IMG/VR virus record: IMGVR_UViG_3300033149_001514
Span: 1 to 55,965 of that record
DNA: 55,965 bases
DNA from: a virus
Lineage: Duplodnaviria > Caudoviricetes
Direction: 5' to 3' (one strand)
How positions within the stretch are numbered: position 1 is the stretch's first letter; each line of letters opens with the position of its first letter. A program made the position numbers and the translations under genes. The notes under the pieces were generated by a model that ran no database searches, had not been told where the DNA came from, and saw only the letters and a program-made list of their open reading frames with translations. This document shows positions 1 through 9,260 of the stretch, piece by piece.

Positions 1-10
1 GGAGGGAGCG

Positions 11-481
11 ATGAGAATCACAGTTGATTATATAATGAGCTTGAATCCTTGTAATCCACCCTATACACGAGAGCATGTAGAGAAGCTTTTTGGGGGAAGG
101 AAATATATTTATCCAAAGACCCTTTTTGAATTAGACATTCCAGTAGAGGATAAGGTGTGGGTGTTTTGTTACTCTGGCATTCTCACCGACCTAGAAAAAC
201 GCTTATTTGCCTGCGCTTGCGAAGAACGTATCCCACAAAGCAAGGAGGCTCTTGCCCTAATTCAAGAGAAAAAAGACTGGCTTGAAAGCAAAATTATTAA
301 CGAGAAACAGGGCGGTTATAGGACGACTTACTACATTTTTTGCTTGCCAGCTTACGAGGTGGCTTACAAAGCAGCTTATAGGGCGGCTGGCTGGGCGGCT
401 TACCTGATGGCTTGCGGGGAGACCTTAGAACGGGAGTGGCAGTTGAATTGGATAAAGGAGTGCTTAGACAGGAGGGAGTGA
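11..481 (+). CDS. Hypothetical phage protein with Ala-rich C-terminal repeats
   Basis: GGAG RBS; RLFACACEER motif and AAY/AAG repeats ending EREWQ. Confidence 0.7.
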   Translation: MRITVDYIMSLNPCNPPYTREHVEKLFGGRKYIYPKTLFELDIPVEDKVWVFCYSGILTDLEKRLFACACEERIPQSKEALALIQEKKDWLESKIINEKQGGYRTTYYIFCLPAYEVAYKAAYRAAGWAAYLMACGETLEREWQLNWIKECLDRRE

Positions 482-613
482 TGGATGATTACGGAGGATA
501 TGAGCTGAGTATGAAGGAGGCGCAGGCGAAGAGGATATTGTAAGAGTTAGACGGGAGGATGAAATGAATAACCACACGATAGATATATAATTGTCTCGCT
601 CGTATTACTAGCG

Positions 614-910
614 ATGGCGTCCAGCATAATATTAAATGAGTCAAGACAATTAAACAAGCTGGAAGCAAGGGTGCTGGAATTAGAAACTAATATGATTGAC
701 CGAGAAGAAGTTGTGTCTGAAATACACGTAAGGACTTTCTGGCAATTTTATGATGTGAAGAACCGTCTGGATACCATTGAAGAACAATTATGGAGAGATT
801 TCTATAACGAAGCTACAGAAGAACAGGATAAGTATAGTCGCATTGAAATGCTAGAGAAACGAGCCAATGAATTAACACACTATGCCAATGTGCGCTCAAT
901 AGGAGGATGA
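614..910 (+). CDS. Coiled-coil hypothetical protein; N-terminal anchor possibly cut off by a frameshift
   Basis: Heptad-like sequence; the in-frame upstream hydrophobic stretch has no start codon. Confidence 0.6.
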   Translation: MASSIILNESRQLNKLEARVLELETNMIDREEVVSEIHVRTFWQFYDVKNRLDTIEEQLWRDFYNEATEEQDKYSRIEMLEKRANELTHYANVRSIGG

Positions 911-911
911 A

Positions 912-1130
912 ATGAGAATATATATTCCAAGGACAGTGATAAGTTCAGCGTGGTTAGTATGGTATGTTGTGGCCGTTGACAATGTGAGCATTCTGGAAGC
1001 CAGCTTATGGGTGAAACTGCCGTTCATAATTGTTGTCTATTATAGCTGTTGGCTTGTAATAAAGGGAATAGATGATGATACATCTAAAGTCACCGGAGTG
1101 AAATATTTTGATAAAGGGAGGAAGAAATGA
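912..1130 (+). CDS. Small membrane protein
   Basis: AGGAGG RBS; two hydrophobic segments. Confidence 0.65.
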   Translation: MRIYIPRTVISSAWLVWYVVAVDNVSILEASLWVKLPFIIVVYYSCWLVIKGIDDDTSKVTGVKYFDKGRKK

Positions 1131-1276
1131 ACTATGAATTAGCATACACGATTTTAGCAAAGGTAGTTTTCGGAGCAATAGGATTTGTGCTGTTAATTGG
1201 GTTTGCCATGTCAATTGTATTAAAACTATTCGGAAAGGAGGAAAAATCTGGAAGGCATAATAAGATTCGTAATTGA
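1127..1276 (+). CDS. Small membrane peptide (49 aa, not in ORF track)
   Basis: ATGA overlap with upstream stop; GGAGG RBS; MNYELAYTILAKVVFGAIGFVLLIGFAMSIVLKLFG. Confidence 0.55.
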   Translation: MNYELAYTILAKVVFGAIGFVLLIGFAMSIVLKLFGKEEKSGRHNKIRN

Positions 1277-1381
1277 GTTCGGGTTTGTGTTGATTGCGCT
1301 TGGGATTATCTGGTTGCTTGTATCGTGTGTAGTATATTTGGTCGTGCAAGAGATACAGAAACAAAATGACAGGAGGAGCAC

Positions 1382-1891
1382 ATGAGCAACTTCGCACAAA
1401 GGAACAACTTTGTTATTTATAAATGCCTGGTAATACTGCTATTGGTAGTTATTGTGCTAATAGCCTATGTATGGGTAATTATGGACAGGCTTGACTCGCT
1501 AACCGAGCAGATGGAAATACTGGTAACATCAATGGAGCTTGACGCAGAAAACGACAAAGCCATGATGGAGGTTTTAAATACGCACTCCGAAGATATTGCT
1601 GGGTTAGGTGACGCTATTTTGGCCGAAAGTGAAATAATGGACGAAAGATTGATAGCCGAGACCAGCGAAAGAAAGCAAGCCGATGCGCAGATAGAATTGC
1701 AAAGCCTAAGCATAGATACGGATTTGCGGAATTTCAAAGACGAGTTTGATGCAGTCGGGTCAGCGGAGGCGTATTATGCAGTCATGTCGCTGGCTCAGGA
1801 CTTGGCAGATACAATCTGTAAGTGGCATCCCGGTGATTGGTACTGCTATCACGATATCTACCGACCTGAAGAGCGGGAGAGTGCGGAATGA
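1382..1891 (+). CDS. Membrane-anchored acidic coiled-coil protein
   Basis: AGGAGGAG RBS; N-terminal TM helix followed by coiled coil. Confidence 0.7.
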   Translation: MSNFAQRNNFVIYKCLVILLLVVIVLIAYVWVIMDRLDSLTEQMEILVTSMELDAENDKAMMEVLNTHSEDIAGLGDAILAESEIMDERLIAETSERKQADAQIELQSLSIDTDLRNFKDEFDAVGSAEAYYAVMSLAQDLADTICKWHPGDWYCYHDIYRPEERESAE

Positions 1892-2099
1892 AAGATGAGA
1901 CCTGTTTTATTATTTGTATAGTGTGTATCTTTATATTAGCGAACCTTTGCTGGTTGCTGGGTATTATATAGAACGGGAGAACCAATGAAAGAGCTTTATG
2001 ATGAAATACTACGAGAGGTATTTGCAGACCATGTGTTTTCCCAAGCGGAAAAGAGACACTTAAAAGAGGTAATCAAAAAGCATATTGAGAGAGCAAAGA

Positions 2100-2348
2100 A
2101 TGGCAAAGAGCAGAAATAACTTCACAAGAAACGCACCGGATTGTGTCACCATTCAGTGTATTCCAAGTTGCTGGAACTGCAAGAGTTGCGTGTGGAATAA
2201 AAGGTATTGGTATGTCTGTGCAGAACATGGTTTCAGGTTCAGCACACTTGCGCAAGTTCCCGATTGTTATATTTGTCCAGAATGGGAGATGAAAGAGAAG
2301 CTAGAGGGAACGCAGAAAGGAATGGAAATCAGCAAGTTTTTAAGATGA
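2100..2348 (+). CDS. Small Cys-rich hypothetical protein
   Basis: CWNCKSC and further Cys residues. Confidence 0.5.
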   Translation: MAKSRNNFTRNAPDCVTIQCIPSCWNCKSCVWNKRYWYVCAEHGFRFSTLAQVPDCYICPEWEMKEKLEGTQKGMEISKFLR

Positions 2349-2360
2349 CACGCCCGAAAA

Positions 2361-2402
2361 GGTGGTATAATACGGGTTGGACAAAATAGTGAGGAGAACG
2401 GG
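2361..2402 (+). promoter_or_regulatory. Extended -10 promoter plus conserved leader
   Basis: GTGGTATAATA-NN-GGTTGGACA then GGAGAACGGG; near-identical cassette at 55301-55345. Confidence 0.6.
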
Positions 2403-2522
2403 ATGAATATCAACTACCTTTTATCACTAAGCAATCCAAAGTATTACGATAGGTTGATACCCATTTCCGAAAGGGTCGTTCCGCTGGAACTTCCAGAGAT
2501 GGAGACAGAAGCATTCTTTTAG
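2403..2522 (+). CDS. Small ORF (39 aa) directly after the promoter
   Basis: GAGGAG RBS; MNINYLLSLSNPKYYDRLIPISERVVPLELPEMETEAFF. Confidence 0.45.
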   Translation: MNINYLLSLSNPKYYDRLIPISERVVPLELPEMETEAFF

Positions 2523-2552
2523 ATTTACGGACTAGACGTATAGGAGATTAAA

Positions 2553-2753
2553 ATGCCGAGGGTAAAGTGGTTCTATTGTCATAAATGCAAGAAAACAACT
2601 AGACAAGCAATTTCAACGGAGGTGTACCTTGCCAATTCGGGGCATCGAGTTTATGTAGACGTTCTTTTCATTTGCGAGGATTGTGGGAGAACGCTTTATA
2701 GAGAACGAAAAAAAATTGCAGTCAATGTAGGTGAGAACAGAGGAAGGATATGA
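2553..2753 (+). CDS. Zinc-ribbon protein
   Basis: CHKC...CEDC; AGGAG RBS. Confidence 0.65.
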   Translation: MPRVKWFYCHKCKKTTRQAISTEVYLANSGHRVYVDVLFICEDCGRTLYRERKKIAVNVGENRGRI

Positions 2754-3880
2754 AAATATTACACTACGCAGACGCACATATAGATGCTGTCACAAGCGGA
2801 CAAAGAAACGAAAAAGGCATACCGGGAAGGATTATGGACTTTGTGAAATCCTTGGATATTATTGCCGAGACCGCCATAGATGAAGGTGTAGATGCGGTCA
2901 TATTTGCGGGAGATGCTTTTAAGGACAAGAACCCGTTGCCGCAATATGCCAACCTCTGGAATATACATATAATGAAATTGGCAACCGCCGATATACCTGT
3001 TTTTCTTTTGGTGGGAAACCACGACAAGAGTGTGCGTGGCGGGGTTCATACGCAGACCGCTTTCCAAACTTTTAGCCCGCCGAATGTATATGTAATGGAC
3101 GAGGCTGGCTGGTATTTGAAACCGCTTGGGTTTCCTGCGGTTTTCATTGCCTTGCCTTGGGAACACCGGAAACGGGAGTATAGGGTAGAAGAAGTAATGG
3201 AATGGATTGACATGGCAGAGCGGGAAAATCTACCGATAATCATGGTCGGGCATGTAACCGCTGAAGGTGCTAGCTACGGGTCTGAAATGATTGCTACTCT
3301 TGGTGATGACCTAATCTTGCCGAGACGGGTCTACACAGACCCTCGATTGGATTATGTAGCATTGGGTCATTTACACCGCCACCAAGAATTGAATAATGGA
3401 GACCACCCACCAGTTGTTTACAGCGGGTCAATTGAACGGGTGGATTGGGGTGAAGCGAAAGAACCAAAAGGATTTGTGCTCGCTGAAATAGGGCAAAAAC
3501 AGACGCTATGGGAGTTTGTGGAATTACCTACCCGTAAACACCTTGACATAGAAATAAATTGGCAGGGGCTGGATTTGACACTCTCACTGCCCGCAAAAGA
3601 GGAGTTAGAGGGTGCTATGGTGAGGGTGAAGGTTCATTACGAGGAAGCAGACGAGAAGAAAATAGATTGGGTCGGGCTGGAAAGGTATTTGCAACCAGCC
3701 TTTTCTTATAAGATTGTGAAGGATAAGCAACGAGATACCCGCATGAGATTACCGGAGGGTGTCACTTACCAAGACTATCAGCCGAAACAGCTATTGGAGA
3801 TGTACTTCAAGGCGACTCAAATCGAGAAGAAGGAACGAGAACGGTTGCTGGAAATAGCCACAGATATACTGGAGGGTTAA
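2750..3880 (+). CDS. sbcD: SbcD/Mre11 metallophosphoesterase nuclease
   Basis: ADAH, FAGD, GNHD, GHLH, YSGS motifs; sbcC nearby. Confidence 0.93.
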   Translation: MKILHYADAHIDAVTSGQRNEKGIPGRIMDFVKSLDIIAETAIDEGVDAVIFAGDAFKDKNPLPQYANLWNIHIMKLATADIPVFLLVGNHDKSVRGGVHTQTAFQTFSPPNVYVMDEAGWYLKPLGFPAVFIALPWEHRKREYRVEEVMEWIDMAERENLPIIMVGHVTAEGASYGSEMIATLGDDLILPRRVYTDPRLDYVALGHLHRHQELNNGDHPPVVYSGSIERVDWGEAKEPKGFVLAEIGQKQTLWEFVELPTRKHLDIEINWQGLDLTLSLPAKEELEGAMVRVKVHYEEADEKKIDWVGLERYLQPAFSYKIVKDKQRDTRMRLPEGVTYQDYQPKQLLEMYFKATQIEKKERERLLEIATDILEG

Positions 3881-4722
3881 TGGAGACGTTGATAAAAGCA
3901 GTGCCATTAGTGGTGGCGTTATTTTTGTTGGCTTTTTGCGTATCTGCCGAAGCACCAATACCCGCAGAATCGCCCATGCCTACACCAATATCGCCTACAC
4001 TTACACTAGCACCCACATCGACTGCGACACCGACTGCAACACCGACTGTAACACCGACTGCAACACCGAAGCCGACCAAGACGGCAATACCTACGCCAAC
4101 GCCTGACCCTTACCCTTTTCCTGAATATATAACAGTGAGAATAACCGGACGGCATAGTTGTGAAGAAGGGATACCTTTTTATGTAGAAGAAGTGCCATTC
4201 ATGGATTATGTTAAAAGTGTGGTAGCAAGCGAGTTTGGCTGGGAACACTGGCTTTATGGCAGAGGTGGGGAAAGAACAAGGATAGAACCGCACTCCGAGG
4301 ACACCTTGAAGGCTAGTGCGATTGTGGTAAAGAATTATGCTTTATATCAATACTTTCGAGGCGGGAAGTGGGGCGGATACGAAAACGGGATAGTTTACGA
4401 TTGCGATTGGGATATGGTCTACGACCCCTACATTTCCAATCCGAGGGTAGATAAAGCGGTAGAGGACACTTGGGATATTGTTGTTGTGAATATTCACGGG
4501 GAGATAAAATCAACCAACTTTTTAGCCTACCCGATTACATGCGATTGGTATTTTGGAGTAGGGCATTGTCTTGGGGCTTGGCAATACGGCGGGATATTCC
4601 AGCAAGGGGATAGGGGTTGGACATGGCAGGAAATGCTATACGATGCGTATCATGGGATTGAGATTATTGACAAAAACCCCCCGCCTGAAATAGACGAAGA
4701 ACTTTTGGAGAGAGTGAGATGA
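3880..4722 (+). CDS. Exported protein with Pro/Thr linker and SpoIID/LytB-like domain
   Basis: Signal/TM peptide; PTATPTATPT linker; YVKSVVASEF, TLKASAIVVKNYA, DWDMVY and AVEDT resemble SpoIID motifs. Confidence 0.6.
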   Translation: METLIKAVPLVVALFLLAFCVSAEAPIPAESPMPTPISPTLTLAPTSTATPTATPTVTPTATPKPTKTAIPTPTPDPYPFPEYITVRITGRHSCEEGIPFYVEEVPFMDYVKSVVASEFGWEHWLYGRGGERTRIEPHSEDTLKASAIVVKNYALYQYFRGGKWGGYENGIVYDCDWDMVYDPYISNPRVDKAVEDTWDIVVVNIHGEIKSTNFLAYPITCDWYFGVGHCLGAWQYGGIFQQGDRGWTWQEMLYDAYHGIEIIDKNPPPEIDEELLERVR

Positions 4723-4922
4723 TAAAATCTGGAGGATTTGACGGGATAACTTTGGTGGTAAGGCTGGAAGACGGTGTGACGGGTGAGACTACCGAAATGC
4801 GATACCGATATACCAGATTACAACTGGAAAGGTTATTGGGAGTTAGGCACGAGATTGAGCGCAGTTATGGCGTTATGGTTAAAGCGGTCATGGATAGACT
4901 ATTTCCAAGGAGGAAGAAATGA
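4719..4922 (+). CDS. Hypothetical protein
   Basis: ATGA-coupled to both neighbours. Confidence 0.65.
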   Translation: MIKSGGFDGITLVVRLEDGVTGETTEMRYRYTRLQLERLLGVRHEIERSYGVMVKAVMDRLFPRRKK

Positions 4923-7477
4923 TACCGCAGGTGCTTGATATAGAAGGGTTTTTATCCTATAAGGAACACACTGAAATCTTGTTTTACGATATAGATATTG
5001 CTTGCATAACGGGGGAGAACGGGGCTGGGAAGTCGTCAATACTGGAAGCCATGACTTGGGCGTTGTTTGGTAGGGCAAGGAAGAAAGATGAGTCGATTAT
5101 TAATCTGCACTGTGATAAAGCCAAGGTTGCCTTTTACTTTGAGTACGAGGGAAATGAATACCGAGTAATCCGTGAGAACCCAAGAGGGAAAAGCCAGACA
5201 GTCGAGTTATTTATTGCTGGCAAAAAAGATTGGGTAGACCTTACCGAGCGAACTCTGCGAGAGACCAACGACAAGATTGCAGACATATTAAAGCTGGATT
5301 ACGAGTGCTTTGTAAATGCCATATTCTTTTTACAGGGAGACGCAGACCAGTTTTCTAAACAGACACCTGCCAACCGAAAAAAGATATTGGGAAAAATACT
5401 TGGGCTGGAAGCTTGGGAAGATTATAGGTTAAAGGCAAGAGAACAACGAGCAGAGTTAGAAAAGAAAATAACAGGTGGTGAAGCGGTTGTGGCTCATCAT
5501 AACGAAGTGATAGCAGATGAGGAGCAACGGAAGTGGAGACTGAACGAAGCCAAATTGAAACGGGAGGCCGCACAAGCAAATTACGACCAAGCCCTTGAAG
5601 TATTTGAAGGCGCAAAGGAAAGCCAGCGCAAAATTAAAGAGGGCACGGATTTGGTTAAAAACCTGACGGACGGAGACAGAAAACTGGCTAGAGAAATAAA
5701 CGAACTTGAAACGGACATATTGGGGTTGGAAGATGCTGTGTCCGAATACAATATGGCTTTGTCCAACGAGGAAAGCATAACGCAGGCTTGGGAAGAATAT
5801 AGGGGTTGGGAGCGGGAAGTTAAAGAGTTATCAATAAAACATCGAGAATGGACAGAATTAGAAGTGTCCAAGCAGACCCCTAGCACGGAAATATCCGAAC
5901 AGAAAGGAGCATTGTTAGCAGAGCAACTTGCTTTGAAAGAAGCAGGAGAGCGAGTTAAAAAATTACGGGAGCAACTACCCGAAGAAGAAGCTGAATTTAT
6001 TGCGCTTCAAAATCGGGTCGAAATCCTGAGCGATTCCGCTATCGAGGTGACGAGAATTGAGGAAGCCCTTCATAAGGCAAGAGAGAGGAATGCCAGCCTT
6101 GCTCATAGTATAGAGTGGTACGAAGGAGAGCTTGAAAAATACGCTGAAAGGTTGGCTATGCTGGAAGATGAAACGGTACATGAATGCCCGACCTGTAAAC
6201 AGGAAATTGACGGGGAGCTTTATACCAGATTGCTTACCGAAGCCCATACAGAATACGATAACTGTCGATACCAGCTAACCCAGCTCAAAGAAGGGCAAGT
6301 GGAATCTTTGGGAGATGAAGTAGACTTGGAATTGCAGTTGGAGAACCTTAATGAGATTATAGCGGATATGAAGGGGGTCGAGATACGATGCGAGCGCATG
6401 GGTGAGCGGATTCAGGCTATGCGTATGGATTTAGACCAGTGGGAAACGCATGACCAGCCCCGTTTGAAAGAGATTGAAAGGATGCTAGAGCAGGGCGATT
6501 TTGCACATGAAGCCAGAGACTATTTGAAAGATGTCGAGGATAAGCAAAAAGCACTCGGTTACGACCCGGCAAGGTTCGCCGAGCTGGACGACTTGTTAAC
6601 TGCTAATAAGTACCAGCAACGGGATTGGGAGTTCTTACAGCAAGCTAAAGCAGAGCATGGTTCAACCAAGGCTGAGATGGCGGGGTTAGTGAAAGCAAAG
6701 TATAAGCTGGAACAGGAGCGTGAACAGAACGCAGACGCTATTCTCGAAGCGAGGAAGAAACTGGAAACGGAGTTGGCAAACGCAGTAGATTATGAACATG
6801 CCGAGAAAGCAATGAAACGGTGCGAGACGGAAGTAGTTAACGCACTTAACGAAGAAGGCAAGGCGCAAGCCCTGCTTGACGCTGTTGCCGAATCAAAAGA
6901 TGAGATAAACCGAATAGCAAGCGAGCAGGAAACAATACGGAAAAAGGCAAGAGACTTGAAAGTGCTGGAAGATGCTTTCGGTAAGAACGGAGTGCCAGCC
7001 TTGATGATTGAGCAAACGATACCTGCCATTCAGGACAAGGCGAACGAATTACTTGACCGATTGTCGGGTGGAGAAATGCGGGTCGAATTCATAACCCAAG
7101 CAGAATACAAATCAAAAGACGCAATCAAGGAAACGCTGGACATTGTAATAGAGGACAAAGACGGGGTTAGAGATTATGAGATGTTTTCGGGCGGGGAAGC
7201 ATTTCGGATAAACTTTGCCATTCGGGTTGCCCTGTCAAATTTGCTGGCACAACGAGCGGGAGCAAGGCTTCAGACATTGGTAATTGATGAAGGATTTGGT
7301 AGTCAAGACAGCAATGGTCGAGATAGACTGGTAGAGGCTATTTCTGTGGTAAGAAATGACTTTGCAAAAGTGCTGGTAATTACCCATATTGAAGAATTGA
7401 AAGATTTATTCCCGCACCAGATACAGGTAGTAAAGACTTTGGACGGGTCAAAAGTGGAGGTAAAAAATTGGAATTAA
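4919..7477 (+). CDS. sbcC: SbcC/Rad50 SMC-family ATPase
   Basis: Walker A GENGAGKS, zinc hook CPTC, signature FSGGE, Walker B LVIDEG, long coiled coils. Confidence 0.95.
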   Translation: MIPQVLDIEGFLSYKEHTEILFYDIDIACITGENGAGKSSILEAMTWALFGRARKKDESIINLHCDKAKVAFYFEYEGNEYRVIRENPRGKSQTVELFIAGKKDWVDLTERTLRETNDKIADILKLDYECFVNAIFFLQGDADQFSKQTPANRKKILGKILGLEAWEDYRLKAREQRAELEKKITGGEAVVAHHNEVIADEEQRKWRLNEAKLKREAAQANYDQALEVFEGAKESQRKIKEGTDLVKNLTDGDRKLAREINELETDILGLEDAVSEYNMALSNEESITQAWEEYRGWEREVKELSIKHREWTELEVSKQTPSTEISEQKGALLAEQLALKEAGERVKKLREQLPEEEAEFIALQNRVEILSDSAIEVTRIEEALHKARERNASLAHSIEWYEGELEKYAERLAMLEDETVHECPTCKQEIDGELYTRLLTEAHTEYDNCRYQLTQLKEGQVESLGDEVDLELQLENLNEIIADMKGVEIRCERMGERIQAMRMDLDQWETHDQPRLKEIERMLEQGDFAHEARDYLKDVEDKQKALGYDPARFAELDDLLTANKYQQRDWEFLQQAKAEHGSTKAEMAGLVKAKYKLEQEREQNADAILEARKKLETELANAVDYEHAEKAMKRCETEVVNALNEEGKAQALLDAVAESKDEINRIASEQETIRKKARDLKVLEDAFGKNGVPALMIEQTIPAIQDKANELLDRLSGGEMRVEFITQAEYKSKDAIKETLDIVIEDKDGVRDYEMFSGGEAFRINFAIRVALSNLLAQRAGARLQTLVIDEGFGSQDSNGRDRLVEAISVVRNDFAKVLVITHIEELKDLFPHQIQVVKTLDGSKVEVKNWN

Positions 7478-7803
7478 AAATCGGGTCGATTTTCCGAGCA
7501 TTCATCTACGCTCTGAACAATCTAAACAACCCCTTTTTAAGGCTTTGACAAGAGCCGAGGGCGGGAATTGCTAGCGAATCCGACTGGTAGTATGGGGAAA
7601 GTCGAAAGATTTAGCAGAGACGCTAAAAACCATGCCAAGAAAGAATTGATAAAAGAATAAGGTCAAAAAAATCGGGTCAAAAGTAGATAAAACTCGGTTT
7701 TCTTGTTCTTAAAAAATCCCCTCGAAAAATCGGGTCGATTTTCCGAGCATTCATCTACGCTCTGAACAATCTAAACAACCCCTTTTTAAGGCTTTGACAA
7801 GAG
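7476..7803. repeat. Exact 79-bp direct repeat (7476-7554 and 7725-7803)
   Basis: AAAAATCGGGTCGATTTTCCGAGC...GGCTTTGACAAGAG read twice, 249 bp apart. Confidence 0.9.
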
Positions 7804-7818
7804 TGCCGAAAAGCGTTT

Positions 7819-7894
7819 TACCCCCCCTACTCTCCGATTTTGCGGTAGGGGGATAGATACGAGTAGGGGGGTAGCGTACAGAGTAGGGGGATAG
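7819..7894. repeat. (GA)GTAGGGGG(G/A)TAG motif, three direct copies and one inverted
   Basis: Copies at ~7845, 7861, 7881; reverse complement at 7819-7832. Confidence 0.75.
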
Positions 7895-7913
7895 ACCCCA
7901 CCCCTCTCACGGC

Positions 7914-8084
7914 AAGCTTAACAAATTAAGATCAAAGCTTAACAAATTAAAGCTTAACAAATTAAAGCTTAACTAATTGGGAGGGGCAACCAAGCTTAAC
8001 AAATTGAAGCTTGTAAAATTAAACCTTAACAAATTGGGCAAGCATCAACCTTAGCAAATTGAGCAACGCTAGCCTTAACAAATT
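7914..8084. repeat. Array of nine 14-bp AAGCTTAACAAATT-like repeats
   Basis: Copies at 7914, 7935, 7950, 7965, 7992, 8007, 8022, 8047, 8071; often 15-bp period. Confidence 0.9.
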
Positions 8085-8793
8085 AGGCAACCACACACGC
8101 CAAAAACCACCACCAACCCACCCAAAAAATGCCCAAAAAATCAGCGTTTTTGGGGGGCAAAAATGCGGAAAATGCCGTTTTCACCCTACGGGTGGGGGTA
8201 CAAGTTAAGTACAACCACTCCCCGTAGGGGTCGTAGCGTCCAAAAAAAAGCAAAATTGATGTAACTATCGAGCAGGTTTCATGTTACACGCTGAAAATTG
8301 CCCAAATTTTTAAGCTTCATGAAAAATCCGGCAAAACGTCAAAAATACCCGCTAGGCGGGGGGTGGCGTACCCAGCAACCCCCGCAATTGGGGTTTTTCG
8401 GCGTTAATTCAACGGTCTTATTCACCTTACAGTTTTGTTAGGTGAGCACATTTTTGGGTATTTTGAGCGGAGCGTTTTTTTACGCTCTGAAAACACCCGT
8501 CTGCGGAGGTGGTACAAGTGAGGTACAACCCGCTATATGGGGGTAAAAACGTGTTTTTTTGAGTTTAAAAAAACCGTTTTGGATAAGTATTAAAAACCCC
8601 ATAAAAATCCGCATTTTTTGGGGTTTTTACCCTTTGGCAACTACCCCTCAAAAAAACCCAAAAACCCAAAACCCCTAAAACATACCCCCAAAATACCCCG
8701 CACCTCAAAAACTACCCCCCCAAAAAGGTGTATACTGGTAGTAGGAAGCACCCACCAACCTAGCACCCCCGGCAACGGGGAAGGAGCAACAGT

Positions 8794-8895
8794 ATGAAAA
8801 CCAATTTTGCCAGCCAAGTTTTAGTAGCCATTTTGTTAGTAGGAGCATTGGCAATTGTGTTTTTACCTGAGCTTATGAAAATGCTTTTTGGGTAA
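8794..8895 (+). CDS. 33-aa single-pass membrane peptide, first gene of the early operon (not in ORF track)
   Basis: AAGGAG RBS; MKTNFASQVLVAILLVGALAIVFLPELMKMLFG. Confidence 0.6.
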   Translation: MKTNFASQVLVAILLVGALAIVFLPELMKMLFG

Positions 8896-8940
8896 AAACC
8901 AACCAACCACCAACCAACCAAAATTAGCAAGGAGTAAAAA

Positions 8941-9159
8941 ATGAACAAGGCATACCCCACGTACACAAAATTGAGCGCAACCTTTGCCGCCAATAAACGC
9001 AAAGCGGTGGCATACCTCACCAACCGTACCCAATATACCCCCCAGCAAATTAACATTGAGTTTATTTATGCGGACAGCGTGTGGGGATGGGTGGAGAACG
9101 GGGGCAGTTTTGTTGTAAGTTTTGAGCAGAGCAAGGCGGTGGGCGTGGATTGGTTATAG
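8941..9159 (+). CDS. Early hypothetical protein
   Basis: AAGGAG RBS. Confidence 0.7.
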   Translation: MNKAYPTYTKLSATFAANKRKAVAYLTNRTQYTPQQINIEFIYADSVWGWVENGGSFVVSFEQSKAVGVDWL

Positions 9160-9260
9160 GTTGAAGCAGGGGGGGGTTTTAAGCACCCCCCCCAAGCACC
9201 AGCCCACCAACCCACCCACCAACCAACCAATCAATTTTTAAGAGCCCTAGGAGGCTAAAA

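Noticed and set aside
7914-8084. CRISPR array
   Set aside because: Repeats are only 14 bp with 1-13 bp gaps, there are no spacer-length unique sequences, and no cas genes
5013-9102. GGAGAACGG matches inside sbcC (~5014) and ORF 8941 (~9093) as sRNA targets
   Set aside because: Explained by Glu-Asn-Gly codons and not at translation starts
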